Positions 26,301 to 37,059 of a stretch of 64,000 bases of DNA are shown here, one piece after another. The first letter of the stretch is position 1. Every line of letters starts with the position of its first letter. Under the pieces are notes generated by a model. The model searched no databases, was not told where the DNA came from, and saw nothing but the letters and a program-made list of their open reading frames with translations. Made by a program: the position numbers and the translations under genes. This DNA is from Vicugna vicugna (Eukaryota). The stretch lies in assembly GCA_013265495.1 (NCBI GenBank), contig MU058059.1, positions 2,579,502 to 2,643,501 on the forward strand, given 5' to 3'.

Positions 26301-26619
26301 AAAGTATCTAAACTAGAAATTACTTCAGGACGATGCTGTGCTTCCAGAAATAGGACTTCATGGTCTGCTTCATTCTAGGTGACATAAGATGCAGAAATGA
26401 CTAAATCACGCTCGTCCTTCTCCAGGACCAAACAAGACTTAAAATTAGCGATCAGATGACTCCAAGTCTTCACAGCAAATGTGTTTTTGTGAGTTTGGAG
26501 CAGAGTGAGAGAACGTCAAATGGGGGGACAGATGGTAAGCCCCCAAGAGAGCGTTCATGAGAGGGTCCCGGTCTTTTTACAAGGTAGGGTCACCTGCTGA
26601 GAGTGACAGAAGATTTCAG

Positions 26620-27000
26620 GTGCTGGGAAGATGCATTTAGGTAACAACCTCAGGACCAGACCAGGGTGAAGGCATAGAGGAGAGGGTGTTTGTGGCAGGA
26701 GAATTCAAGCTCTCTGAGTGGCTGTGCTGATCTTTCATCTAGTGGAGTGAGAATCGAGTTGAGAAACAGGTGATCACTGTGTCAGATGCTGGTGTCGCTG
26801 CAGAATCCAGGAGAGTGTGCTCCCTGGAAATCAGCCATGACATAGACAGAGAAGGAACTGAGGTCAGAGGCATGGTTACAGTCTATAGCTCCCTTGATGG
26901 GATAAGTGAGAAAGAGTTGCTACATGACACTCAAGATATATTGATCACGGGATCTGGTGTGTGTGTGGGTTATGTCAACCTGAGCAAGTGAAGATGCCCG
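26620..27000 (-). mobile_element. L2 remnant
   Basis: Purine-rich degenerate antisense L2 pattern (gatctttcatctagtggagtgagaatcgagttgagaaacagg...gaactgaggtcagagg). Confidence 0.5.
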
Positions 27001-27084
27001 GGGGGCAGTATTGCAGGAGTGCCTTAACCAGGACTTTTCAACAAGTGCTGCTTGGACGGTGTCAACTGATGGTCAGGAGACCCC

Positions 27085-27185
27085 GTGTGCTGTCTAATTA
27101 CTGTGTGCCCCGAAAAGAATGGGCACTTCACCTCTGAACTTCAGCTTTCTCATCAGTAAAATGAGAAAATGAAACCTACACGTGC
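27085..27185 (+). mobile_element. MIR core fragment
   Basis: cacttcacctctgaacttcagctttctcatcagtaaaatgagaaaatgaaacctac. Confidence 0.7.
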
Positions 27186-29664
27186 AAGGCAGCTGGCCTC
27201 ACACTTCCTGTGTGGAGTAATTTCTGAAATTTTTTTTTTCTTCACGTAAATCTTAATGTTTCTACTTTGTCTTATAGAATGAGTTTTCCAGATACTGTTT
27301 TTAAAGTGAAATTTGGAAAATCATGTCATATAGCAAATAAATTAGAAGAACTTGCTGATCAAAGACAGCTAGTGTTAAAAATCATTTTATTTAATGGGGA
27401 TTCTCTTTGCAAAGCAGTGAATTATTCTTTGATTTATCTGTTTTGTGAGAATGGTTCTTGTCTACTGGATAAAAATTCTGAATAAAAGAAATATAAAATA
27501 TCCCTTAGAGAACCATCTTATTCTCTCATTTCATAGGAAAAAAAAAAAAAGACTGAAAGACATTGACTTAAAACCCCCATTTTAGGAGTTGGGAGTCAAG
27601 CTTAGAAGGAGGTCCCCCTCCCCCTTGGTACCTCCTTCCCCCGAGAAGGCATTGCATGGGAACAGTTACACTTTCTTGAGGCTGTTGATAATTCTTGGCG
27701 TGGCGGGACAGCCTTCTCCATGGGGTTATCTGTCCTCAGCAGTTGTGCCAGTCTTTGACTTTGACTTTGACCCTTTGTTCTTGCTATTCCATGACCTGGT
27801 ATTCTGGTTAATATTTGCTGCCTACCCAACCACTCCAAAACTTAGCAGAGTTTCACTTTCTGTTTGACCGTGTCTTGGTGGGCCACTGGGGCTCCTGTGT
27901 GGGGTCTCTAAGGGCTGCCGTCACCCGAAGGCTTGGCTGCGTGACCTTCCAGGACGGCCCCAGGCATGGCTGTCAGGGTTACAGAGTGTCAGCTTGAAGC
28001 TCTTCAGGGCTGAGTTCAGGCCAGTGCAGGTTGGTGGGACCACAGTGGCCGGCTTCTTGCAGAGCTGGGGGGAACCAGGCTGGAGATGCACCACCCTCTC
28101 TGACCGAAGTCTTGAGTTGCCCATTGTCCCTCTGTTACCTTCTGTTGGTTACCTGCAGTCATTAAGGTTAGCCAACCCCATTCTTGGTGGGAGAGATGTC
28201 AAAGAACTTGCAGCTTTATTTTAATCGCCATGCCTGACTCTAGATGTAAGAAGTCAGGGAGAAGGGGGCATGAAATCAAAGTCCACTCTGTCTCTGTCTG
28301 GGTCCCTTGCCCCCCCCCCTTATTATAGGAAGATTCTTCCTAAACTCTTCCTTCTATGTCGGATCTGCTGTGCAGGAAGAATTCTGCCAGACTTGGAGCA
28401 TCTTCCACAACCAATAGAGAGTCTCTGATGTTAGGGAGTAAGAGTCAAATTCCTGTTCTTTTTTTGTTTTGTTTTAAGTTTTACATCACGACTCAGAAGT
28501 CCCTTTACCATTACACGGTGAACCTGCTGGACTGCCTGTCTCCTGAGCAGTCATTCTGATGACCCACAACAGCTGATCGTTACTCAGACAGAATTACAAA
28601 CTGAATGACAGCTGCACTGCACAGGTGTAACAGAGTGTGCAACGTTGTACTCCCGGAAACGGGAGATTCACTGGTGCATGTTCAGAATTCAGAGGGACAG
28701 GAGCGCAAAGAGGGACCTCTCACTTTCCCCAGCAGGTGGGGATGGGAGACATCTCCCTTCTACTCTGTTTTCCTGGCATGAATGAGTGCCCGTACTGAGC
28801 GGTCAAGCAGTCGGCACTGCTCCTGCTCAGTGCTTTTCTGATAAGGTAAGGAAAAGACCTGTCTCCTCACCAGAAGGACCCGCAATCTAACCTGGGTTCA
28901 GTTTCTGAAAGCTGTTTTCAAGGTTGAGTTTTTCTCAGTATTAGAAACCTTTTTCCAACAAAACTGCACAAAAGTTCATCATTCTGGTAAATGTATATAT
29001 CTCACTTCAAAAGTCCATCCCTTCAAGGTTTCTCCCATTCTCCTAAGGTTAACTCAAAAATCTCAGATGCTGGAAGGGGTTGGGAGGGAAAGATGGATCA
29101 GCACCAGGAAATCCACCCCTCCGCGGGGACATCTGTCCTTGCAGACATCTTCAGAGGTTACTCATTCCCATTGTATATTTGTGTGCAATTCAGATAACCT
29201 GTTCATGACTAAGTCTTAGAAACTACTTGTAACTCCAGGGCCTTTGATTTGACATTCCAGTCCTTTTTCTCTGCTTTTTTTTAACATCATCTCTTTCCAC
29301 TGACCAAATATGGTAAAAGGCAAAGGAATACAAGAAACTATGGGAAGTTAAGCCTTGATTAATCTGAATCATCACACACTGTGTCTCGTGACTTGATAAG
29401 ACTTCATGTGGGTTCATAACGGATGTCCCTGAAGAAAATATTACATTGCCTTTTTTATAAACTGCAGTTAACCTAACTTCATTTATTAGGTAAGCTGAGG
29501 TAATCATTGACAAATTCCTTTTCAGTGACATGGAGGAAGAACACTATCTTGGTGTCCTGCTCACATAAACAGCAGAGAGTGTTACAGAAAAAGGTTTTTT
29601 TTTTTAGCTGAAGCGCTTTCCCTCTCTTCCATTGAGCAAGTGGCCTCATCTATATGTACTTGTT

Positions 29665-30237
29665 ACTTGTTTTTTTATTTTTGCATTCTTTTTCTACTGA
29701 AGTAAAATCAGTTTACAATGTTGTGTCAATTTCTGGTGTACAGCATCATGTTTCAGTCACACATATACATACATATATTCTTTTTCATATTCCTTTTCAT
29801 TATAAGTTACTATATGATATTGAAATAGTTCCCTGTGCTGTATAGTAGAAACTTGTTTATCTATTTTATATGTAGTAGTTAGTATCTGCAAATCTCAAAC
29901 TCCCAAGTTATCCCTTCCCACCCCTTTTCCTCCCTGGAAACCATAAGTTTATTCTGTATGTCTGTGAGTCTGTTTCTGTTTTATAAATAAGTTCATTTAA
30001 TCTTTTTTTTTTAGATTCCACATATAAGTGATATCATATGGTATTTTTTTTCTCTTTCTGGCTTACTTCACTTAGAATGACAATCTCTAGGTCCATCCAT
30101 GTTGCTGTAAATGGCATTATTTTATTCTTTTTTATGACTGAGTAGTATTCCATTGTGTAAATACACCACATCGTCTTTATCCAGTTGTCTGTCAGTAGGC
30201 ATTTGGGTTGCTTCCATGTCTTGGCTACTGTAAATGG
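29665..30237 (-). mobile_element. 5'-truncated L1 3' end (~570 bp), ending ~115 bp upstream of the exon at 30351
   Basis: Antisense L1 hallmarks: tttagattccacatataagtgatatcatatggtattt; tggcttacttcacttagaatgacaatctctaggtccatccatgttgctgtaaatggcattattt; ggttgcttccatgtcttggctactgtaaat. Confidence 0.92.
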
Positions 30238-30350
30238 TTAACATTGTGGACGATATCCAGTATCTTCTTTACTTGGGGTTTCCTGTGGATCCCAAAGGGG
30301 ATTGGCTCCATCATCGTGAAGTATCACTGATAATACTCTCTTTTTTCTAG

Positions 30351-30624
30351 TGTCTACCAAATAGTTGTTGAGGAGGAACGCCCTCGAAGAACAAAAAAGA
30401 CGACAGAAATCTTAAAATGCTACCCAGTACCAATCCACTTCCAGAATGCTTCCATCCTGAATTCCCAGTACTATTTCGCTGCAGAATTCCCGGCCAACAG
30501 CCTCCAGGCTGCTCAGCCTTTCACCATTGGTGATAATAAGACATACAATGGATACTGGAACACTCCGCTCCTTCCCCATAAAAGCTACAGAATTTATTTC
30601 CAAGCTGCCAGTAGAGCCAACGGG
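30351..30624 (+). CDS. PTPRM: PTPRM internal coding exon (4th FNIII domain with furin site; probably exon 12)
   Basis: Acceptor ctctcttttttctAG|T, donor GGG|GTaagt. 274 nt, phase 2 to 0. VYQIVVEEERPRRTKKTTEILKCYPVPIHFQNASILNSQYYFAAEFPANSLQAAQPFTIGDNKTYNGYWNTPLLPHKSYRIYFQAASRANG. Confidence 0.97.
30379..30390 (+). other. PTPRM: Codons for the RPRR proprotein-convertase (furin-type) cleavage site
   Basis: CGC CCT CGA AGA = R-P-R-R, followed by TKK. R2B-family RPTPs are known to be cleaved in the fourth FNIII repeat into E and P subunits. Confidence 0.85.
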
Positions 30625-31414
30625 GTAAGTTTTACAAACAGCTTGTTTATTAAGGCCAAGTTCAGGGTTATGAATATGAACACAGTCAGATTACATAAGG
30701 TGGTCATGCTTTTGTGTATTTTTCCTTGGAATAAATGTGTTTCATTCTCTCTTTTTAAAATTATTCTCACCTGGAGAAATTTATGGGAAGAAATGGATCT
30801 ATTTGTATTTGTTTTGGTAGAAAGACTGTATTGTCAACATGATGGTTTTTATTTTCCGTTTTTACTTGTTACTGAAAGTTGGCCAGTAATTCTGCTTAGC
30901 TTTCTATTTTACAGGAAATTAGCATAGCTACCACACATACGTTCAGCTCATTTAAAGTTTTGTGAGATTCACAACTTCTGTCTTTTCAGCATATTCTGTC
31001 CCATTTCTTTGATTCCACAAGAGTTCATGCTTCCTATAGCAGGGACTAAATTAGTTATCTGTTTTTTTTTCCCTAAAAGAAAACAGCTTTAGAAAGATTA
31101 AATGGGAACAAAATAATAACTATCAAGTTGTTTTTGAATTTTTTCCCCTTTCCTGTTCAGACCAAACCAGAACCCTGATGAGATATGGAAGTCTCCTTAG
31201 AAAGAAGGGCAAGGTTTCCAGATACTGCAGTGGTTTCCCTCCTTCACAGTGCAGGTCTGGACACCATCACTGACTTTTGCCAGTGAGAAGGGGGAAACTA
31301 GGGACATGATTCTTCCCCAAGAGTGTTTGCACAAGGAGAGAGTAAGGGTCTGCAGAGGGAAGGCAGAGGCCACTGGGCAGAGACATTTCATGTAGAGCTC
31401 TAACCTCACCATCT

Positions 31415-31821
31415 NNNNNNNNNNNNNNNNNNNNNNNNNNNNNNNNNNNNNNNNNNNNNNNNNNNNNNNNNNNNNNNNNNNNNNNNNNNNNNNNNNNNNN
31501 NNNNNNNNNNNNNNNNNNNNNNNNNNNNNNNNNNNNNNNNNNNNNNNNNNNNNNNNNNNNNNNNNNNNNNNNNNNNNNNNNNNNNNNNNNNNNNNNNNNN
31601 NNNNNNNNNNNNNNNNNNNNNNNNNNNNNNNNNNNNNNNNNNNNNNNNNNNNNNNNNNNNNNNNNNNNNNNNNNNNNNNNNNNNNNNNNNNNNNNNNNNN
31701 NNNNNNNNNNNNNNNNNNNNNNNNNNNNNNNNNNNNNNNNNNNNNNNNNNNNNNNNNNNNNNNNNNNNNNNNNNNNNNNNNNNNNNNNNNNNNNNNNNNN
31801 NNNNNNNNNNNNNNNNNNNNN
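31415..31821. other. Assembly gap (407 N)
   Basis: Run of N. Confidence 1.
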
Positions 31822-31873
31822 ACCACCATTACCACCCTTATCACCATCACCACCACCACCACCACCACCACCA
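31822..31873 (+). repeat. (CAC/CAT)n low-complexity triplet repeat running into a sequence gap
   Basis: accaccattaccacccttatcaccatcaccaccaccaccaccaccaccaccac. The left flank of the gap ends in ctcaccatct. Confidence 0.9.
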
Positions 31874-32049
31874 CTGGCACTGGAGCCAGAAAATGTATCA
31901 GAACGAGGTTCAGGGAGTGAGCACTGTGTGGTTAATGCCACTCCTGGAACAATGAGACCTCTTCGTATCTAAAGAGAACTACAGAGATTTTGTTTGTCTT
32001 ACATTTAAAACATGAATAGTGATTTTTTTCCCCTCTTTATTTAACACAG

Positions 32050-32086
32050 GAAACCAAAATAGACTGTGTTCGAGTGGCCACAAAAG
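32050..32086 (+). CDS. PTPRM: PTPRM short internal coding exon (37 nt; probably exon 13)
   Basis: Acceptor ctctttatttaacacAG|GAA, donor AAAG|GTaggt. ETKIDCVRVATK(G), phase 0 to 1. Bridges the flanking exons in frame. Confidence 0.95.
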
Positions 32087-32662
32087 GTAGGTTGAAATTG
32101 TGGGATGCTCTCCTAGTTTATGTCCTTTAATATTTTAGATGGTGTTTCAAAACTTCTTGAAATATTAGCATCATTGAAGCAAGCATGTGGCTGCGTGTGT
32201 GCTCATGGAGATGTGCTGGGGTCATACGGCAGTGAAACTGTGTTTCACGTAGATCTTTTTTCCAGATAAGAGGTCATCATGCTGGGTTTCAAAGCAGTTT
32301 TCAGTGGTTATCTCTTTTAAAATTCTATTAAAATTAATTTTTCTATGACCTCATATGCGAGTTTTAAACCATGATACCATACGTTCCGATACTGTGTCCA
32401 GTGAGTCTTCATAAGCAAAATAGTAAAATACATCCTGCTGTTTCAATGCAGTTGTCTAGTTAGGAAAGCTCTATACAGTGGCGTTGCGTGGGCTTGTTTT
32501 CACTGGTGAGGCGAGTCTCTGAACCCAGGAGCCAGGTGATGTTATTGCAGAACTTCTGTTTCCCAGGCCTGGATAAAATCCTGAGAAAATGTGATTGAGG
32601 CCGAGATGGAGGGTGAACCACTGTCAGCTCACCACACAGGGCCTCCTAAGGAAGAGAGCAGC

Positions 32663-32694
32663 CGCGCGCGTGTGCGTGTGTGTGTGTGTGTACA
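32663..32694. repeat. Alternating purine-pyrimidine tract (CG)4-(TG)n
   Basis: cgcgcgcgtgtgcgtgtgtgtgtgtgtgtaca, 32 bp of uninterrupted alternation. Confidence 0.9.
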
Positions 32695-33589
32695 AACTGT
32701 AATGGATCTATCTGCCTTCCAGTGTGGTTTTAACCATCACTTGTGGAAGTGTGTGAGAAATATACAACGCTCCATTAAAACGAGGCATTATAAATTAACA
32801 CTTGCCGCTAACTACTTTTTTTTCAGACCATTAGAGTAACCCTGAGCACTAGGAGAAAGTGCCGTGAGATTTAATTCAGAAAAGATGGGAAAAATGCTTA
32901 GAGCACCAGATTTAATCAGTTCAGGGTAGTCCCTTGATGAGTTCTGTTGGATGAAAATATCTTGTTTTTGCTGCTTAACGTTCAGGCAACATAGTTTGAA
33001 TTTATTGCACGTACCCACCTGCATTTTCCAAATTCTCACTGAATTCTTATTTCCTGAAGACACCTGACCTTTTTATTCAGTTAACTTAACAAACATCTCT
33101 TGGTTTCCTGTTGTATGCCAGGCCTTGTGGAAGGGACGCACCTCATTTGTAGTTTGTTTGTCCTTACGGGCTCATAGCTCTGGTTGCAAGAATCTCTGGA
33201 CATTGATTTTAAAACACTCAGTTCTTGATGTCATATTGTACCTGATTATGAGCCTTTAGTTTATAAAAAATAAATTAGTAAAAAATGAAATTTCAGATAC
33301 TGATGTGTTTTCTAAACTGTAATTCGCTATTAACTATTAATGATTACAGTATTCTAAGGCCTTTGAATGAGGTATCGATGTAACTTAAGACCTCCAGATC
33401 ATCACCCACACTCAGATTGCTTTACTGAATTCTGCTTACCTTTGAGGTCTCAAGAAGTAAAGCCAGTTCCAGTGTGCCTAATTTATAATGCCTCGTGTTG
33501 AACACCACAGCTGAAAGTTAAAATCACTTTCATATGCATGTTCTCATTTATTTCTTCAACAGTACTGTCAGAAAGGAGACAGGCATTGC

Positions 33590-33690
33590 TATTTTTATTT
33601 TTAAGATGAAGAAAATGCATACCGGGAAGATGAATTGACTTGCCAAGGTCACTCAGATAATAACCAGTGGGTCAGAGTGCTTCACTCTAT
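33590..33690 (-). mobile_element. MIR core fragment
   Basis: tttttaagatgaagaaaatgcat...gaattgacttgccaaggtcactcag. Confidence 0.6.
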
Positions 33691-36613
33691 CTCACGTCTC
33701 TTCACCCAGCAGAACCAGTTGTATATTGCACTGGATAAGTGTCTAGCCTCCTTTTTATTAGAGCTGAGTCACTGCCCAGTTTGCTCTGAAAACAACAAAC
33801 TGTCATCCTACTCATTTGCATAGTTAAATAATTACATAAATAACACACTAGTAAATATGGAAACCTGACGTTGGCTGTTTTCACAATAGATTGAATTAGA
33901 TGGTGATTTGGATCATTTTCTTCCATCAGCCTGATTTAATCAATATTGTGATTTGTTTTCCAATTCACCAAAGGCTGATTAGGCAATCAGATGACCTGAT
34001 TGACTATTCCCGCTTATATTTTCTGAGTCATTTGCAGACATTTACACAGCCACAAACGCTATCCAACCAAATAGCCTTTTTGCAGGGGAAAGAGAGAAAC
34101 AAATTTTAATATTCATTGCATCCTGTCATCGTTTCTGCTCATAAAATCATAGCCTTGGGAGGGAAATAGTCTCTTTCCAGGTGAAATGACACTAGTTAGT
34201 ACTATTTTATTTCATCAATTTCTACAAATACGGACTCAGCAACCTCCCTTTATAGCACTGTCTAATGTTTTACCCTCTTTATAATTAGATAATTTTACAG
34301 TTCATACTGAAAATTAGTTTGCCATGCAGGAAGCCCTTCCATCCTGACTCCGTAGTCAAAACAGAGAAACAGGCAGGTCTGATAACTTGACTGGCACCAT
34401 ATAGGAAAGATGTTTGAAATTTACAAGAGTTAAAACATCCTGAGTTTTTTGCCATGCGTGTCTTGCTGACAGCGTGGTGTCTTGATTGAATTTTCAGCTA
34501 CTAAACCACATTCCTAAGCAGCATTCTGAATTTACAAAGATTTCAGTGTGTTCATGAAACAACTGTTGACAAGTGTCTTTTAGAGAAAGCATGAAGGGTT
34601 TTTTTTTTTTCAGAAGAATCTAATTTATAATTTCAAACACAGATACGTCTCTTAAAGATATAGTTCATGCTAGTTACGAACTTAATGTTGTGATTATTTT
34701 AGTAATATTACAAGTGTACATTTTCACACTAATCATCTCAAATATAAAGCCTCATATAAAATTAAACACCGGAAAAAAATCTAAGGTGTGTTATGACGTA
34801 TCTCCATATGTCAAGGGACTGCCTGTGTTTTCATGTTTCCTCCTGTAGTTTACGTGTCTAGATTCCTCGTACGTATCTCTGACTGTATTTTGATGGTTAG
34901 CTAAAGGCAAATTCATCATAGAATATTCTATCTCGAGTTAAAAACACACCATACGGTGACAGAATATGCATGATGTTTGGGGTCACCCTCCCAATTCATA
35001 GGGTTCTTTTTCACCTTTATGGTTGAGTGCATAGAATAGCTCTTAGTTTTTCTTAGATTCTCCTAATTTCGATTTTGATTCTGAATCGCATTCGGATTTT
35101 GATAGTTGAATTCTTTTTAAGACCCCTTGATCCACCTGGGACTTAGCAATCAGTGTATGTGTTTTCTCTGGCTTTTACATCCCCCGTGACTGCTTGTCGG
35201 TGACTAGTAGGGTTGAACCTCTTTTGTGCTAGCTTTGGAAGACTTTGTTGATCAGTTCTAAACTGACAGGAGATACTGAAAAGGAGAAAGCGGTCTTATT
35301 AGCAAATTAGGTTTCTTGTATTAAATGAGGTTCAAAATTAATACAACCAGTTTAAACTGTATACTTTGCATTAATCTCTCATAAAATAATTTTTCCATCA
35401 CGTGATGCCAGCTATGTTTCTCCTTGACAGTATAAACATTTGGGAGCTCTTTTGTGAAATACATTTATTTTAAAAATTATTTGAGTGCCGCCTGTGTGAG
35501 GCGTAGCGTAATCTGGGAGACTTTTAGGTGTAGATGCATAAACACATCACCTTTTAAGTTTTGAGGATTCTGAGTTTGTAAAAGTTTGGGAGTTTTTTGT
35601 TTGTCTCTGTGTTTAGTGTGTTGGGGCAGGGCGTCATATAAATTCACTTGTCTTTGGTATGATTTGGCTGACAGCAATCTAGCTAGAAATCAAAACAAAA
35701 ACTACATGAAAGCACATGCTAAATTCTTCCCCAAAGTATTATACTAGTCAGATGCTAAAGTGTAAACAACAACAACAAAAAAACGAAACCATTATTCTAA
35801 TGTCATATTTTAAGGTGAATTTTCTGTGCACAAACGCTCCCCTGTTTTAAGTGTAGTCTTTTGTTTAACTTACATTTGTATTGCAGTGTGCTTTGCTGGA
35901 AGACCTTCAGGAAACTTTGAAGGATTTCTATTGTTTCAATACAGTTTCTAACTATATTCAGAAATGGGAATGTTTCTTTTTTTAATCGCTAGGCTCTTTG
36001 AGAGGTTTCTCTAGACTGTTTTTCTGTTCACTGTTTTGTTCAAAGCAGTGCCATCCTTTCTAAGCCACAGTGCTACAGAATGAAAGTGCACTGATAAAAG
36101 AGCTGAGAAGAATGTCTGTGGAGATGTCAAGCTAATTAAGATTCCTTTCAATTACTCATATTCAGTACCCGAGAAAACAAATTACATAGTAAGACTGCTC
36201 CTATATGCTAATCTGCCATCATTTAGCTGTGGATTTAGAAATAGAAACACAAATACGATATGCATTTGCCGCTCTGCATTTTGTAGAGAAAAGATTTCCT
36301 TTTCTTGATCTGAAGTCTTCCTAGCATATATCATGAGGGCATGAAGTTCCCTGAGAAGCTCCTGGGGAAAGCAACCTGGTCAACTTTGTCCAGCCTGGCG
36401 TTTTCTAAATTTATTTGACCCGAACTCATTTTTCAAGGAAGGCTCGAGTCCTCTGAAACCCCGTTTAGTAAGCACTGGTTCACAGATTCCAGAAGCCCAC
36501 CGCGTGTAACTGAAGTGACACCTGGGGGCTGGACACACTGCTGTGTGTCGCTCTCCTGAGCGCACCTCTGTGCTAAAGGAGACCCTGAGTTTATTCCTAT
36601 TGATACTTGCTGA

Positions 36614-37059
36614 CAGAGGGCAGCAGGTTTTTCTGTAAAGGGCAGACAGGAGATACTTTAGGCTTCCTGAGCCGTCAGGATGCCCCTCAGCCCTGCCCTT
36701 AATAAGCAAGAGCAACCGTCAGCCACATGTGAACAAACAAACATGTCCACGTGCCAATAAAACTTTATTTGCACTATTGGGGAGTAATGGGAACGTTAGC
36801 TGTCTTGATTGTGGTGGTGGTTTCATTGGTGTGTACATCTGTCAAAATTCATCAAAACATACATCTGAAATATGTGTAGTTTACTGTACAAGAACCATTA
36901 CCACAATAAAGGTGTTTAAGTACATACATACATACATACATAAAATTTAGGCGCTCTAAGAAGAAAAAATGGACATTCTACCTAAATAAATCCAATATTT
37001 TGTAAACATTAAAAAAAAACTTTATTTGCAAAAGCAAGCAGTGGGTTGGCTGACCCCTC
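36614..37059 (+). mobile_element. MER58A-like hAT-Charlie non-autonomous DNA transposon, interrupted at 36774-37015
   Basis: Matches the recalled MER58A consensus (tttttctgtaaagggc-agac...tactttaggcttc; gtgccaataaaactttatttgcaaaagcaagc...ttggctgacccct), split by an insertion. Confidence 0.75.
36774..37015 (+). mobile_element. L1M(B/C-like) 3' fragment with extra 3' sequence, inserted in the MER58
   Basis: ggggagtaatgggaacgttagctgtcttgattgtggtggtggtttcattggtgtgtacatctgtcaaaattcatcaaa...accacaataaag is an L1M 3' terminus. Perfect 15-bp TSD aaaactttatttgca at 36759-36773 and 37016-37030. Confidence 0.8.

Noticed and set aside
30490-30505. PANSL (recalled as PADSL in human) creating a new N-glycosylation site
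   Set aside because: N-S-L is not an N-x-S/T sequon, and the human residue is from memory only.
31197-31941. 227-aa and 224-aa minus-strand ORFs
   Set aside because: Artefacts of the 407-N gap and the triplet repeat.
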